Positions 40,148-51,991 of a stretch of 64,000 bases of DNA are shown piece after piece; within the stretch, counting starts at the first letter, position 1, and the number at the start of each line of letters is the position of its first letter. The position numbers were made by a program, and so were the translations under genes. The stretch lies in assembly GCF_053078305.1 (NCBI RefSeq), contig NZ_CP166879.1; one strand, 5' to 3'. Under the pieces are notes generated by a model. The model made no database searches, was not told the origin of the DNA, and saw only the letters and a list, made by a program, of their open reading frames with translations.

Positions 40148-40376
40148 AATCAGGATGAGCTCCTTTTGACCAATCCCAGGAAAATTGTGCGTATTTTACC
40201 GGGTAATTGCGCAATGGACAGTTAGGATATGTTCGAAAAAACAGCAAAAAGCACGATTTCATCTATCTTTGTGCTGTGAAAGTTAATAGTGCACTTGCAC
40301 TTGAGGTAATCGGCAAATACTCTTAGTGAGTAAATGTTTGCCGTGGTGGCAAGGTGTTAGAACAACAGAGAATATA

Positions 40377-41375
40377 ATGATGCAGGATTTGCGTCTGATA
40401 TTAATCATTGTTGGCGCGATCGCCATAATCGCTTTACTGGTACATGGTTTCTGGACCAGCCGTAAAGAACGATCTTCTATGTTCCGCGATCGGCCATTAA
40501 AACGAATGAAGTCAAAACGTGACGACGATTCTTATGACGAGGATGTCGAAGATGATGAGGGCGTTGGTGAGGTTCGTGTTCACCGCGTGAATCATGCCCC
40601 GGCTAACGCCCAGGAGCATGAGGCTGCTCGTCCGTCGCCGCAACACCAGTACCAACCGCCTTATGCGTCTGCGCAGCCGCGTCAACCGGTCCAGCAGCCG
40701 CCTGAAGCGCAGGTACCGCCGCAACATGCTCCGCGTCCAGCGCAGCCGGTGCAGCAACCCGTGCAGCAGCCTGCCTATCAGCCGCAGCCTGAACAGCCGT
40801 TGCAGCAGCCAGTTTCGCCACAGGTCGCGCCAGCGCCGCAGCCAGTGCATTCAGCACCGCAACCGGCACAACAGGCTTTCCAGCCTGCAGAACCCGTAGC
40901 GGCACCACAGCCTGAGCCTGTAGCGGAACCGGCTCCAGTTATGGATAAACCGAAGCGCAAAGAAGCGGTGATTATCATGAACGTCGCGGCGCATCACGGT
41001 AGCGAGCTAAACGGTGAACTGCTTCTTAACAGCATTCAACAAGCGGGCTTCATTTTTGGCGATATGAATATTTACCATCGTCATCTTAGCCCGGATGGCA
41101 GCGGCCCGGCGTTATTCAGCCTGGCGAATATGGTGAAACCGGGAACCTTTGATCCTGAAATGAAGGATTTCACTACTCCGGGCGTCACTATCTTTATGCA
41201 GGTACCGTCTTACGGTGACGAGCTGCAGAACTTCAAGCTGATGCTGCAATCTGCGCAGCATATTGCCGATGAAGTGGGCGGTGTCGTGCTTGACGATCAG
41301 CGCCGTATGATGACTCCGCAGAAATTGCGCGAGTACCAGGACATCATCCGCGAAGTTAAAGACGCCAACGCCTGA
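40377..41375 (+). CDS. zipA: cell division protein ZipA (FtsZ membrane tether)
   Basis: In frame of ORF 40326..41375; start at ATG 40377 ([23 protein letters not shown] anchor); long Pro/Gln-rich linker; C-terminal FtsZ-binding domain. Confidence 0.93.
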
Positions 41376-41404
41376 TACACTTAAGGCAAATTAACTCCTC
41401 TTCG

Positions 41405-41428
41405 AACCCCCGCTTGTCGGGGGTTTTT
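41405..41428 (+). terminator. intrinsic terminator / attenuator between zipA and ligA
   Basis: ACCCCCG-CTTGT-CGGGGGT followed by TTTTT. Confidence 0.7.
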
Positions 41429-41436
41429 AGCATTGA

Positions 41437-43461
<2,025 letters not shown>

Positions 43462-43462
43462 G

Positions 43463-43666
43463 ATGGAAAAAGAGCAGCTGATTGAAATAGCCAATACGAT
43501 AATGCCGTTTGGCAAATACAAAGGGCGTCGCTTAATCGACCTGCCGGAGGAGTATCTGCTGTGGTTTGCCCGCAAAGATGAGTTCCCGGCAGGGAAGCTC
43601 GGTGAGCTAATGCAAATCACGCTGCTGATTAAAACCGAGGGGCTGACGCAACTGGTCCAGCCCTGA
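43463..43666 (+). CDS. ypeB: small protein YpeB (DUF3820 family)
   Basis: In frame of ORF 43370..43666; start at ATG 43463, 2 nt after ligA stop; 67 aa. Confidence 0.8.
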   Translation: MEKEQLIEIANTIMPFGKYKGRRLIDLPEEYLLWFARKDEFPAGKLGELMQITLLIKTEGLTQLVQP

Positions 43667-43676
43667 AGCGTCCGCT

Positions 43677-44675
43677 TTAAGCTTTATCGGTGCTGCTTTC
43701 CTGCTGCGCCTGTAACTGTTCGGTCTGGCGTTTGTATCGACGCGCCAGCACCGCACAGACCATCAATTGGATCTGATGGAAAATCATCAGGGGCAGCACC
43801 ATCATACCGATCACCGATGTGGGGAACAGAATGTTTGCCATCGGGATGCCATTTGCCAGACTCTTTTTCGAACCACAAAAGACGATAGTAATTTCATCTG
43901 CCTTATTGAAGCCCAGTCGGCGTGCCATAAAGACGTTAACTACAATCACGATAGCCAGAAGAACGCAGCTGACCACCACGATAAACAGCAATGATCCCCA
44001 GCCAACTTTATGCCAGATACCATTAACGACGGCTTCGCTGAACGCTGTATAAACCACCAACAGAATGGACGTCTGGTCAGTTTTCGCAATCCATTTTTTA
44101 TTGCGCGACACCCAGTCACCAATCCACGGCCGGGAAAGATGCCCCAACACAAACGGCAGCAGCAGTTGCAGCATAATTTTACCGACCTGCTCAAGGCTGC
44201 CCCCTGCACCGTGAACATTCATCACCAGACCAACCAGCAATGGTGAAAGGAAAATCCCCAGCAGGCTGGATGCTGACGCAGAACAAACCGCCGCCGCGAC
44301 GTTACCGCCCGCCATTGACGTGAAGGCGATTGCAGACTGCACGGTAGCCGGGAGAATGCACAAGTAGAGAAAACCGGAGTAGAGCATCGGGTCGACATTT
44401 ACCGGTTTCCACCAGGCAAACAGTACACCCAGAATCGGAAACAGCACGAAGGTGCTGCACATTACCCACAAATGCAGTCGCCAGTGACCACCGCCAGCAA
44501 TAATCGCCTCACGCGACAACTTCGCGCCGTGCATAAAGAACAGCAGGGCAATAGCTGCGGTGGTCAGATTTTCAAAGAAGGGGACGAAATCGCCTCTGGC
44601 CGGAAAGAAAGAGGCCAGCAACACCACCGTGATCAGGGTTAAGGTGAAAGGATCGAGGATACGAAAAAGTTTCAT
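43677..44675 (-). CDS. yfeH: bile acid:sodium symporter-family inner membrane protein
   Basis: 332 aa polytopic membrane protein. Confidence 0.93.
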   Translation of the reverse strand: MKLFRILDPFTLTLITVVLLASFFPARGDFVPFFENLTTAAIALLFFMHGAKLSREAIIAGGGHWRLHLWVMCSTFVLFPILGVLFAWWKPVNVDPMLYSGFLYLCILPATVQSAIAFTSMAGGNVAAAVCSASASSLLGIFLSPLLVGLVMNVHGAGGSLEQVGKIMLQLLLPFVLGHLSRPWIGDWVSRNKKWIAKTDQTSILLVVYTAFSEAVVNGIWHKVGWGSLLFIVVVSCVLLAIVIVVNVFMARRLGFNKADEITIVFCGSKKSLANGIPMANILFPTSVIGMMVLPLMIFHQIQLMVCAVLARRYKRQTEQLQAQQESSTDKA

Positions 44676-44764
44676 AAAGACTCCAGATGATCGATGGTTC
44701 TATTGTGCTTCTTCCAGTTTGAGAAATAAAATTGATTTATTGCATCCATTCATGAAGAAAACAG

Positions 44765-45691
44765 ATGAATTATTCTTTAAAACAATTAAAGGTTTTCGTC
44801 ACAGTAGCGCAGGAGAAAAGTTTTAGTCGTGCAGGAGAGCGTATCGGCCTGAGCCAGTCGGCAGTGAGTCACAGTGTGAAGGAGCTGGAAAATCATACTG
44901 GTGTTCGCCTGCTGGACAGAACCACGCGTGAAGTGGTGCTTACAGATGCAGGGCAGCAGTTGGCTTTGCGTCTTGAGCGACTGCTGGATGAACTTAACAG
45001 CACGTTGCGCGATACCGGGCGTATGGGGCAACAACTGAGCGGAAAAGTTCGGGTCGCTGCCAGCCAGACCATTTCCGCGCATCTTATTCCGCAATGCATT
45101 GCTGAAAGCCATCGCCGCTATCCAGATATTCAGTTTGTCCTGCACGATCGTCCGCAGCAGTGGGTGATGGAAAGTATTCGCCAGGGAGATGTCGACTTTG
45201 GCATCGTCATCGATCCAGGCCCAGTGGGCGATCTGCAATGTGAAGCGATTCTTTCCGAGCCTTTCTTTCTGCTTTGCCATCGCGATAGCGCTTTGGCCGC
45301 GGAAGATTATGTACCCTGGCAGGCATTACAGGGAGCGAAATTGGTGTTGCAGGATTACGCGTCAGGCAGCCGACCGCTGATTGACGCAGCGCTGGCGCGC
45401 AATGGTATTCAGGCGAATATTGTGCAGGAGATTGGACATCCGGCGACGCTGTTCCCGATGGTAGCCGCAGGCATCGGCATCAGTATTCTTCCCGCACTGG
45501 CGCTACCATTGCCTGAAGGTAGCCCACTGGTGGTAAAGCGCATTACGCCGGTTGTTGAACGCCAGTTGATGCTGGTGCGCAGGAAGAACCGTTCACTTTC
45601 CACCGCCGCTGAAGCGTTATGGGACGTGGTACGAGACCAGGGCAATGCGCTAATGGCTGGGCGGGAAGGGGATCCGTTGTATCAGATATAG
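44765..45691 (+). CDS. yfeR: LysR-family transcriptional regulator
   Basis: 308 aa; N-terminal HTH ([38 protein letters not shown]); divergent from yfeH. Confidence 0.93.
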   Translation: MNYSLKQLKVFVTVAQEKSFSRAGERIGLSQSAVSHSVKELENHTGVRLLDRTTREVVLTDAGQQLALRLERLLDELNSTLRDTGRMGQQLSGKVRVAASQTISAHLIPQCIAESHRRYPDIQFVLHDRPQQWVMESIRQGDVDFGIVIDPGPVGDLQCEAILSEPFFLLCHRDSALAAEDYVPWQALQGAKLVLQDYASGSRPLIDAALARNGIQANIVQEIGHPATLFPMVAAGIGISILPALALPLPEGSPLVVKRITPVVERQLMLVRRKNRSLSTAAEALWDVVRDQGNALMAGREGDPLYQI

Positions 45692-46023
45692 ATATCGATA
45701 TGAGTCGTATTTTCAACAGGATTTAGAAGGGATACATTCAGAGACAAACGCTGCTCTTTCTCCTGCGCCTTTTCTGCCTGCTGTCTCTGCAACTGCGCCA
45801 GTTGTGTTTCCAGTAGGGTGACTTGCTGTTGAATCAATTCGGCCTGTTTTTGCTTGTCTTCAGCACTGCCGCTAGTGTCTACAATCTCTTTAATTTGTTG
45901 AGTGAGTTTGATGATTTGCTGACTTATCCGCGCGATTTGTGAAGCAACATCGCTACCTTGTGATGCCCTGTTACTACTCTGTGTTTGTATGGAAGGAATT
46001 GAAGTTGAAGAGATAGTGGCCAT
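45682..46023 (-). CDS. FlxA-like small protein: Ser/Thr-rich N-terminus followed by Gln-rich predicted coiled coil
   Basis: 113-aa ORF with GAGGA 7 nt upstream of ATG; composition and the [12 protein letters not shown]...QLQRQQAEK segment resemble the FlxA family; family assignment from memory, not searched. Confidence 0.55.
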   Translation of the reverse strand: MATISSTSIPSIQTQSSNRASQGSDVASQIARISQQIIKLTQQIKEIVDTSGSAEDKQKQAELIQQQVTLLETQLAQLQRQQAEKAQEKEQRLSLNVSLLNPVENTTHIDIYI

Positions 46024-46112
46024 TGTTCAGTCCTCGTCACTGTACGAGGTAATATCGGTAGAAGAACAAGGAACTTGAGAAGAAAAATCAATCTTACAAA
46101 TCGCAGATAGCA

Positions 46113-46139
46113 AAAAAGCGCCTTTAGGGCGCTTTTTTA
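46113..46139 (-). terminator. intrinsic terminator of the valU-valX-valY-lysV tRNA operon
   Basis: AAAAAAGCGCC-TTTA-GGGCGCTTTTTT immediately 3' of lysV. Confidence 0.85.
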
Positions 46140-46142
46140 CAT

Positions 46143-46218
46143 TGGTGGGTCGTGCAGGATTCGAACCTGCGACCAATTGATTAAAAGTCAACTGCTCTAC
46201 CAACTGAGCTAACGACCC
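46143..46218 (-). tRNA. lysV: tRNA-Lys (anticodon UUU)
   Basis: Reverse complement reads GGGTCGTTAGCTCAGTTGGTAGAGCAGTTGACTTTTAATCAATTGGTCGCAGGTTCGAATCCTGCACGACCCACCA. Confidence 0.97.
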
Positions 46219-46222
46219 GAAG

Positions 46223-46298
46223 TGGTGGGTGATGACGGGATCGAACCGCCGACCCCCTCCTTGTAAGGGAGGTGCTCTCCCAGCTGAGCTAATCACCC
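46223..46298 (-). tRNA. valY: tRNA-Val (anticodon UAC)
   Basis: Reverse complement reads GGGTGATTAGCTCAGCTGGGAGAGCACCTCCCTTACAAGGAGGGGGTCGGCGGTTCGATCCCGTCATCACCCACCA. Confidence 0.97.
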
Positions 46299-46344
46299 AC
46301 TTCGGTACTTCACATTTTTACAAGAAATTTAGCTGGTGAGAAAG

Positions 46345-46420
46345 TGGTGGGTGATGACGGGATCGAACCGCCGACCCCCTCCTTGTAAGGGAGGTGCTCT
46401 CCCAGCTGAGCTAATCACCC
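46345..46420 (-). tRNA. valX: tRNA-Val (anticodon UAC)
   Basis: Identical 76-nt sequence to valY. Confidence 0.97.
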
Positions 46421-46464
46421 ACTTCTCAATTTCTTGCTACACGGCGGAGACTACATAAAGTAGT

Positions 46465-46540
46465 TGGTGGGTGATGACGGGATCGAACCGCCGACCCCCT
46501 CCTTGTAAGGGAGGTGCTCTCCCAGCTGAGCTAATCACCC
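46465..46540 (-). tRNA. valU: tRNA-Val (anticodon UAC)
   Basis: Identical 76-nt sequence to valY; first gene of the tRNA operon. Confidence 0.97.
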
Positions 46541-46557
46541 CCGCTGTGTGGAGTCGC

Positions 46558-46585
46558 ATTATAGGGAGAGTTCAAAATGAGTCAA
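46558..46585 (-). promoter_or_regulatory. sigma70 promoter of the valU tRNA operon (-35 TTGACT, 16-nt spacer, -10 TATAAT, GC-rich discriminator)
   Basis: Minus strand reads TTGACTCATTTTGAACTCTCCCTATAATGCGACTCC just upstream of valU; AT-rich UP/Fis-like region further upstream. Confidence 0.7.
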
Positions 46586-46798
46586 CGCATTTTCTAAAGA
46601 AATTGTTCGTTCGTCGTAAATTTAAGCAAGATGATCGCAAAACAGACTGTGTTGCGCAATTTGTCAACGAAAACAATAATGCGTAAGGTTGCAACCCGAA
46701 CTACATTGAGGAATCAGGCGGGAGTGATAGAATATCGCCCACTCAATTTTTCCAGGATTTGCCGGTTGTCGGCATCTTTCTAAACGTAAGGCCATTTC

Positions 46799-48214
46799 AT
46801 GAAAATCAAAACTCGCTTCGCGCCAAGCCCAACAGGCTATCTGCACGTTGGCGGCGCGCGTACTGCTCTTTACTCCTGGCTTTTTGCACGTAACCACGGC
46901 GGTGAGTTCGTGCTGCGTATTGAAGACACCGATCTTGAGCGTTCCACGCCGGAAGCTATCGAAGCCATTATGGATGGCATGAACTGGCTGAGCCTGGAGT
47001 GGGATGAAGGTCCGTACTACCAGACCAAACGTTTTGATCGCTACAACGCAGTGATCGATCAGATGCTGGAGGAGGGCACTGCTTATAAATGCTATTGCTC
47101 TAAAGAGCGCCTGGAAGCGCTGCGCGAAGAACAAATGGCGAAAGGTGAGAAGCCGCGTTATGACGGTCGCTGCCGCCACAGTCATGAGCATCACGCTGAT
47201 GATGAGCCGTGTGTCGTACGTTTTGCTAACCCGCAGGAAGGTTCTGTTGTTTTTGACGATCAGATCCGTGGTCCGATCGAGTTCAGCAACCAGGAGCTGG
47301 ATGATCTGATTATCCGCCGTACCGATGGTTCCCCAACCTATAACTTCTGTGTGGTTGTCGATGACTGGGATATGGAAATCACCCACGTTATCCGTGGCGA
47401 AGACCATATCAACAACACGCCACGCCAGATCAACATTCTTAAAGCCCTGAAAGCGCCGGTACCGGTTTACGCGCACGTTTCTATGATCAACGGCGATGAC
47501 GGCAAAAAACTGTCCAAACGTCACGGGGCAGTCAGCGTAATGCAGTATCGTGATGACGGTTATTTGCCAGAAGCACTGCTGAACTATCTGGTGCGTCTGG
47601 GCTGGTCCCACGGCGATCAGGAAATCTTCACTCGTGAAGAGATGATCAAATACTTCACTTTGAATGCCGTCAGCAAATCTGCCAGTGCGTTCAACACCGA
47701 CAAGTTGCTGTGGCTGAACCATCACTACATTAATGCGCTGCCGCCGGAGTATGTTGCTACTCACTTACAGTGGCACATTGAGCAGGAAAATATCGATACC
47801 CGTAACGGCCCGCAGCTGGCTGATCTGGTGAAACTGCTGGGCGAACGCTGCAAGACGCTGAAAGAGATGGCACAGAGCTGCCGTTATTTCTACGAAGATT
47901 TTGCTGAGTTCGATGCCGATGCCGCGAAAAAACATCTGCGTCCGGTAGCGCGTCAGCCGCTGGAAGTAGTTCGTGACAAACTGGCCGCGATTACTGACTG
48001 GACAGCTGAAAACGTTCATCACGCTATTCAGGCGACGGCGGATGAGCTGGAAGTGGGTATGGGTAAAGTTGGTATGCCGCTGCGTGTCGCCGTAACCGGT
48101 GCGGGGCAGTCTCCGGCACTGGATGTTACCGTTCACGCAATCGGTAAGACACGTAGCATTGAGCGTATCAACAAAGCGCTGGCCTTTATTGCTGAACGCG
48201 AAAACCAGCAGTAA
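46799..48214 (+). CDS. gltX: glutamyl-tRNA synthetase
   Basis: 471 aa; HIGH-type motif ([14 protein letters not shown]) and KMSKS-type motif (KLSKR). Confidence 0.98.
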   Translation: MKIKTRFAPSPTGYLHVGGARTALYSWLFARNHGGEFVLRIEDTDLERSTPEAIEAIMDGMNWLSLEWDEGPYYQTKRFDRYNAVIDQMLEEGTAYKCYCSKERLEALREEQMAKGEKPRYDGRCRHSHEHHADDEPCVVRFANPQEGSVVFDDQIRGPIEFSNQELDDLIIRRTDGSPTYNFCVVVDDWDMEITHVIRGEDHINNTPRQINILKALKAPVPVYAHVSMINGDDGKKLSKRHGAVSVMQYRDDGYLPEALLNYLVRLGWSHGDQEIFTREEMIKYFTLNAVSKSASAFNTDKLLWLNHHYINALPPEYVATHLQWHIEQENIDTRNGPQLADLVKLLGERCKTLKEMAQSCRYFYEDFAEFDADAAKKHLRPVARQPLEVVRDKLAAITDWTAENVHHAIQATADELEVGMGKVGMPLRVAVTGAGQSPALDVTVHAIGKTRSIERINKALAFIAERENQQ

Positions 48215-48231
48215 TTAGCGTGTAAAAAGAT

Positions 48232-48263
48232 AAACGGCAGGAGATAATATCCTGCCGTTTTTT
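48232..48263. terminator. bidirectional intrinsic terminator between convergent gltX and yfeD
   Basis: AAACGGCAGGA-GATAATA-TCCTGCCGTTTTTT. Confidence 0.8.
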
Positions 48264-48265
48264 AT

Positions 48266-48658
48266 TTATGCTGATTCGTCAATATCGAGACGGGCGAGGA
48301 AATTGCGAATTCCTTCACGTGACAAAAATTGCGCGACTTTTTCCTGCTCAATGTCTGTCATATTATCTATCGCGTTGATGATTTGTCGATACGCCGGGGC
48401 GCGTGCTCCAGGAGCGTATTCAGCAATTCTCTCTTCAGCTTCCATCAACATTGGTGTGTTATGGAACGCAGGCGTGTTCTGAATAAACTCGCAAACTTGC
48501 GTATCGACCAGAATAAGTCTGGCACGACCGCCTTTCACGCCGGGAAATTTTTCCGTTTTCCAGCCTTTTTCTCTGATCCAACGGTTAACAGTTTGTTTAG
48601 CCACACCGAGGCATTCAGCCAGTTCTTCGGTGGTCATTTTATTGCGTAATCTTTTCAT
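48266..48658 (-). CDS. yfeD: putative DNA-binding protein YfeD (HTH, DUF1323-type)
   Basis: 130 aa; N-terminal segment TTEELAECLGVAKQTVNRWIREKGW paralogous to YfeC. Confidence 0.88.
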   Translation of the reverse strand: MKRLRNKMTTEELAECLGVAKQTVNRWIREKGWKTEKFPGVKGGRARLILVDTQVCEFIQNTPAFHNTPMLMEAEERIAEYAPGARAPAYRQIINAIDNMTDIEQEKVAQFLSREGIRNFLARLDIDESA

Positions 48659-48659
48659 A

Positions 48660-49004
48660 TTATTTGCTATCGCGAATCCCTAAGCGTTGTAACAATCCGA
48701 TAATCCCTTCCCGCAGAAGCAAGGATGTAAACTGTTTTTGTTCAACTGGCGTCATCTCTTTCGCCAGTGTCACCAGCAATACTTCAAGCGGCGCATCACC
48801 AGAAAGGGCAGGCGCTTCTCCCTGACCTTCTGGACGTTCAGCATTACGAATATATTCACGAACCTGTTCATTGACGTGAACCAGTCGGGCTTTGCCACCC
48901 TGGACGCCTGGTTTTGGTGACGTCGTCCAGCCTTCCTTGCGTACCCATTTATTAATGGTCTGGCGGCTATAGCCGGTCAGTCTGGCAAGTTCATCTGGCG
49001 TCAT
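48660..49004 (-). CDS. yfeC: putative DNA-binding protein YfeC (HTH, DUF1323-type)
   Basis: In frame of ORF 48660..49019; start chosen at second ATG (MTPDELARLTGYSRQTINKWVRKEGW), 114 aa; alternative start at 49019. Confidence 0.85.
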   Translation of the reverse strand: MTPDELARLTGYSRQTINKWVRKEGWTTSPKPGVQGGKARLVHVNEQVREYIRNAERPEGQGEAPALSGDAPLEVLLVTLAKEMTPVEQKQFTSLLLREGIIGLLQRLGIRDSK

Positions 49005-49178
49005 CCTCTCCTTGAACATAACAATTCCCTGAATGTATGTGGGTCTATTAGTAGTTCATTTTATAGCACCACTTTACAGGAAACCGTGACATGAATAACT
49101 ACTGAATGCGAGCGGTTTTCCAAAATTGTTCATTTGCCTGATTTTTCAGCGATTGAAACTACACGTTGCAATTTGCCG

Positions 49179-49207
49179 TTGACACATTCGGGCGGAATTC
49201 ATATGAT
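49179..49207 (+). promoter_or_regulatory. sigma70 promoter of the tRNA-Ala operon (-35 TTGACA, 17-nt spacer, -10 TATGAT, GC-rich discriminator)
   Basis: TTGACACATTCGGGCGGAATTCATATGATGCCGCCCGTC about 30 nt upstream of the first tRNA-Ala. Confidence 0.7.
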
Positions 49208-49239
49208 GCCGCCCGTCAACTCGACAAGCTTTACGTGAC

Positions 49240-49315
<76 letters not shown>

Positions 49316-49354
49316 AATTTTGCACCCAGCAAATTTGGTACGTAAACGCATCGT

Positions 49355-49430
<76 letters not shown>

Positions 49431-49469
49431 AATTTTGCACCCAGCAAATTTGGTACGTAAACGCATCGT

Positions 49470-49545
<76 letters not shown>

Positions 49546-49552
49546 AATTTCC

Positions 49553-49580
49553 AACCCTCGCTGCAAAGCGGGGGTTTTTT
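49553..49580 (+). terminator. intrinsic terminator after the tRNA-Ala array
   Basis: CCCTCGCT-GCAA-AGCGGGGG followed by TTTTTT. Confidence 0.75.
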
Positions 49581-49752
49581 GTCTCTGCTTTTTGCCGCTT
49601 TTGTAATACAGTCTACGTCCGGGTTAGCGCCGCCTGGTGAAAGCATCATTGGATGAAAAATCGGCAACAGGCTGGCCCTTGTTTGCTTCGCGATGCGAAT
49701 AAACTTATTATTTGTGTGCCTGAAAACCCCGATCAGTGAGAGTAGTGTACTC

Positions 49753-51942
49753 ATGTTTGTGGAGCATAACCTGATAAAAAATATCAAGATATTCACACTA
49801 GCGTTTACGCTCACCGTGGTACTTATTCAGCTTTCCCGTTTTATTTCGCCACTTGCCATTATCCATTCCAGTTATATCTTTCTGGCGTGGATGCCACTGT
49901 GCGTAATGCTGTCAATCTTGTTTATCTTTGGCTGGCGCGGTGTCGTTCCCGTTTTATGCGGGATGTTTTGCACCAATCTGTGGAACTTTCATCTCTCTTT
50001 TTTACAGACTGCGGTCATGCTCAGCAGCCAGACGTTTGTCGTGTTATGTGCCTGCGCAATATTACGCTGGCAGCTGGGGACGCGTTGGCGTTATGGATTG
50101 ACCAGCCGATATGTCTGGCAACGTCTGTTCTGGCTTGGTTTGGTGACGCCGATCGGCATCAAATGCAGCATGTATCTTGTGGGGAGCTTCTTTGATTTCC
50201 CGCTAAAGATATCCACCTTTTTCGGCGATGCGGATGCCATTTTCACGGTCGTTGATTTGCTAAGCCTTTTCACCGCGGTGCTGATTTACAACATGCTTTT
50301 CTACTATCTCACTCGCATGATTGTAAGTCCCCACTTTGCGCAGATATTGTGGCGCAGGGATATCGCTCCGTCGTTGGGCAAAGAGAAACGCGCATTTACC
50401 TTAAGCTGGCTGGCAGCGTTAAGCGTGCTGCTACTTCTGTTGTGCACACCTTATGAAAACGACTTTATTGCCGGTTACCTGGTACCCGTTTTCTTCATCA
50501 TCTTTACCCTCGGGGTCGGTAAGCTTCGCTATCCGTTTTTAAATCTCACCTGGGCTGTTTCAACGCTTTGCCTGCTGAATTACAACCAGAACTTTTTGCA
50601 AGGGGTGGAAACCGAATATTCGCTGGCATTTATTCTTGCGGTGCTGATTTCCTTTAGCGTTTGCCTGCTCTATATGGTGCGCATTTATCATCGCAGTGAA
50701 TGGCTTAATCGCCGCTGGCATTTGCAGGCGCTGACCGATCCGTTAACGCTCCTGCCCAACTTTCGTGCGTTGGAACAAGCGCCGGAGCAAGAGGCGGGCA
50801 AGAGTTTTTGCTGCCTGCGCATTGATAATCTTGAGTTTATGAGTCGTCATTACGGGTTAATGATGCGCGTTCACTGTATCCGATCAATTTACCGTACGCT
50901 GCTGCCGTTGATGCAGGAAAACGAAAAGTTGTATCAATTGCCGGGTAGTGAACTGCTGTTAGTGCTGAGCGGGCCGGAAACGGAAGGGCGACTCCAGCAT
51001 ATGGTTAACATCCTGAATAGTCGGCAAATTCACTGGAACAATACCGGGCTGGATATGGGCTATGGTGCTGCCTGGGGGCGTTTTGATGGAAATCAGGAAA
51101 CCCTGCAACCCTTGTTGGGGCAGTTAAGCTGGCTGGCGGAGCAATCCTGCGCACATCATCATGTGCTGGCGCTGGATAGCCGAGAGGAGATGGTTTCCGG
51201 GCAGACCACTAAACAGGTGCTATTGCTGAATACCATTCGCACGGCGTTAGATCAGGGTGATTTGCTGCTCTACGCCCAGCCAATTCGCAACAAAGAGGGT
51301 GAAGGTTATGATGAGATCCTCGCGCGACTGAAATATGACGGCGGCATTATGACCCCGGATAAGTTTCTGCCCCTTATTGCTCAGTTTAATCTTAGCGCGC
51401 GTTTTGATTTGCAAGTGCTGGAATCCTTGTTGAAGTGGCTGGCAACACACCCTTGCGACAAAAAAGGCCCGCGCTTTTCAGTTAATTTAATGCCGCTCAC
51501 GCTGCTGCAAAAGAATATTGCCGGGCGGATTATTCGTCTATTTAAGCGTTATCACATCTCCCCGCAGGCGGTCATTCTTGAGATCACCGAGGAGCAGGCG
51601 TTTTCTAACGCAGAAAGCAGCATGTACAACATCGAGCAGCTGCATAAGTTTGGTTTCCGGATTGCGATTGATGACTTTGGCACCGGCTATGCCAACTACG
51701 AACGGTTAAAGCGTTTGCAGGCTGATATCATCAAAATTGATGGCGTCTTTGTGAAAGATATCGTCACGAATACGCTGGATGCGATGATTGTGAGATCAAT
51801 TACCGATCTGGCGAAAGCGAAGTCATTGAGTGTGGTCGCGGAGTTTGTCGAGACGCAACAGCAACAGGCGCTATTGCATAAGCTCGGGGTGCAATATCTG
51901 CAAGGGTATTTGATTGGTCGCCCGCAGCCATTAGCTGATTAA
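49753..51942 (+). CDS. pdeA: c-di-GMP phosphodiesterase PdeA/YfeA (N-terminal MASE1-like membrane domain, degenerate GGDEF, EAL)
   Basis: In frame of ORF 49693..51942; start at ATG 49753 (MFVEHNLIKNIK...), 729 aa; EAL-domain motifs near C-terminus. Confidence 0.93.
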   Translation: MFVEHNLIKNIKIFTLAFTLTVVLIQLSRFISPLAIIHSSYIFLAWMPLCVMLSILFIFGWRGVVPVLCGMFCTNLWNFHLSFLQTAVMLSSQTFVVLCACAILRWQLGTRWRYGLTSRYVWQRLFWLGLVTPIGIKCSMYLVGSFFDFPLKISTFFGDADAIFTVVDLLSLFTAVLIYNMLFYYLTRMIVSPHFAQILWRRDIAPSLGKEKRAFTLSWLAALSVLLLLLCTPYENDFIAGYLVPVFFIIFTLGVGKLRYPFLNLTWAVSTLCLLNYNQNFLQGVETEYSLAFILAVLISFSVCLLYMVRIYHRSEWLNRRWHLQALTDPLTLLPNFRALEQAPEQEAGKSFCCLRIDNLEFMSRHYGLMMRVHCIRSIYRTLLPLMQENEKLYQLPGSELLLVLSGPETEGRLQHMVNILNSRQIHWNNTGLDMGYGAAWGRFDGNQETLQPLLGQLSWLAEQSCAHHHVLALDSREEMVSGQTTKQVLLLNTIRTALDQGDLLLYAQPIRNKEGEGYDEILARLKYDGGIMTPDKFLPLIAQFNLSARFDLQVLESLLKWLATHPCDKKGPRFSVNLMPLTLLQKNIAGRIIRLFKRYHISPQAVILEITEEQAFSNAESSMYNIEQLHKFGFRIAIDDFGTGYANYERLKRLQADIIKIDGVFVKDIVTNTLDAMIVRSITDLAKAKSLSVVAEFVETQQQQALLHKLGVQYLQGYLIGRPQPLAD

Positions 51943-51949
51943 CAGGCGT

Positions 51950-51981
51950 AAAAAAACCGGGGAATTATCCCCGGCTTTTTT
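51950..51981. terminator. bidirectional intrinsic terminator between convergent pdeA and nupC
   Basis: AAAAAAACCGGGGA-ATTA-TCCCCGGCTTTTTT. Confidence 0.85.
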
Positions 51982-51991
51982 ATGTATGGTC

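Noticed and set aside
40512-40978. Several overlapping ORFs on both strands in the zipA linker region
   Set aside because: They are artefacts of low-complexity CAG/CCG-rich DNA encoding the ZipA Pro/Gln linker.
46143-46540. Genomic island, prophage or integrase at the tRNA clusters (also 49240-49545)
   Set aside because: No integrase, transposase or att-like direct repeat flanks either tRNA cluster; only a single small ORF and core genes are adjacent.
46664-47764. 366-aa ORF antisense to gltX
   Set aside because: It lies entirely within or opposite a well-supported essential gene, has no ribosome-binding site and no recognisable domain; long antisense ORFs are expected in GC-rich, codon-biased genes.
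48266-49019. yfeC/yfeD as a toxin-antitoxin pair
   Set aside because: The two proteins are paralogues of each other with the same predicted DNA-binding N-terminal fold; neither resembles a known toxin fold.
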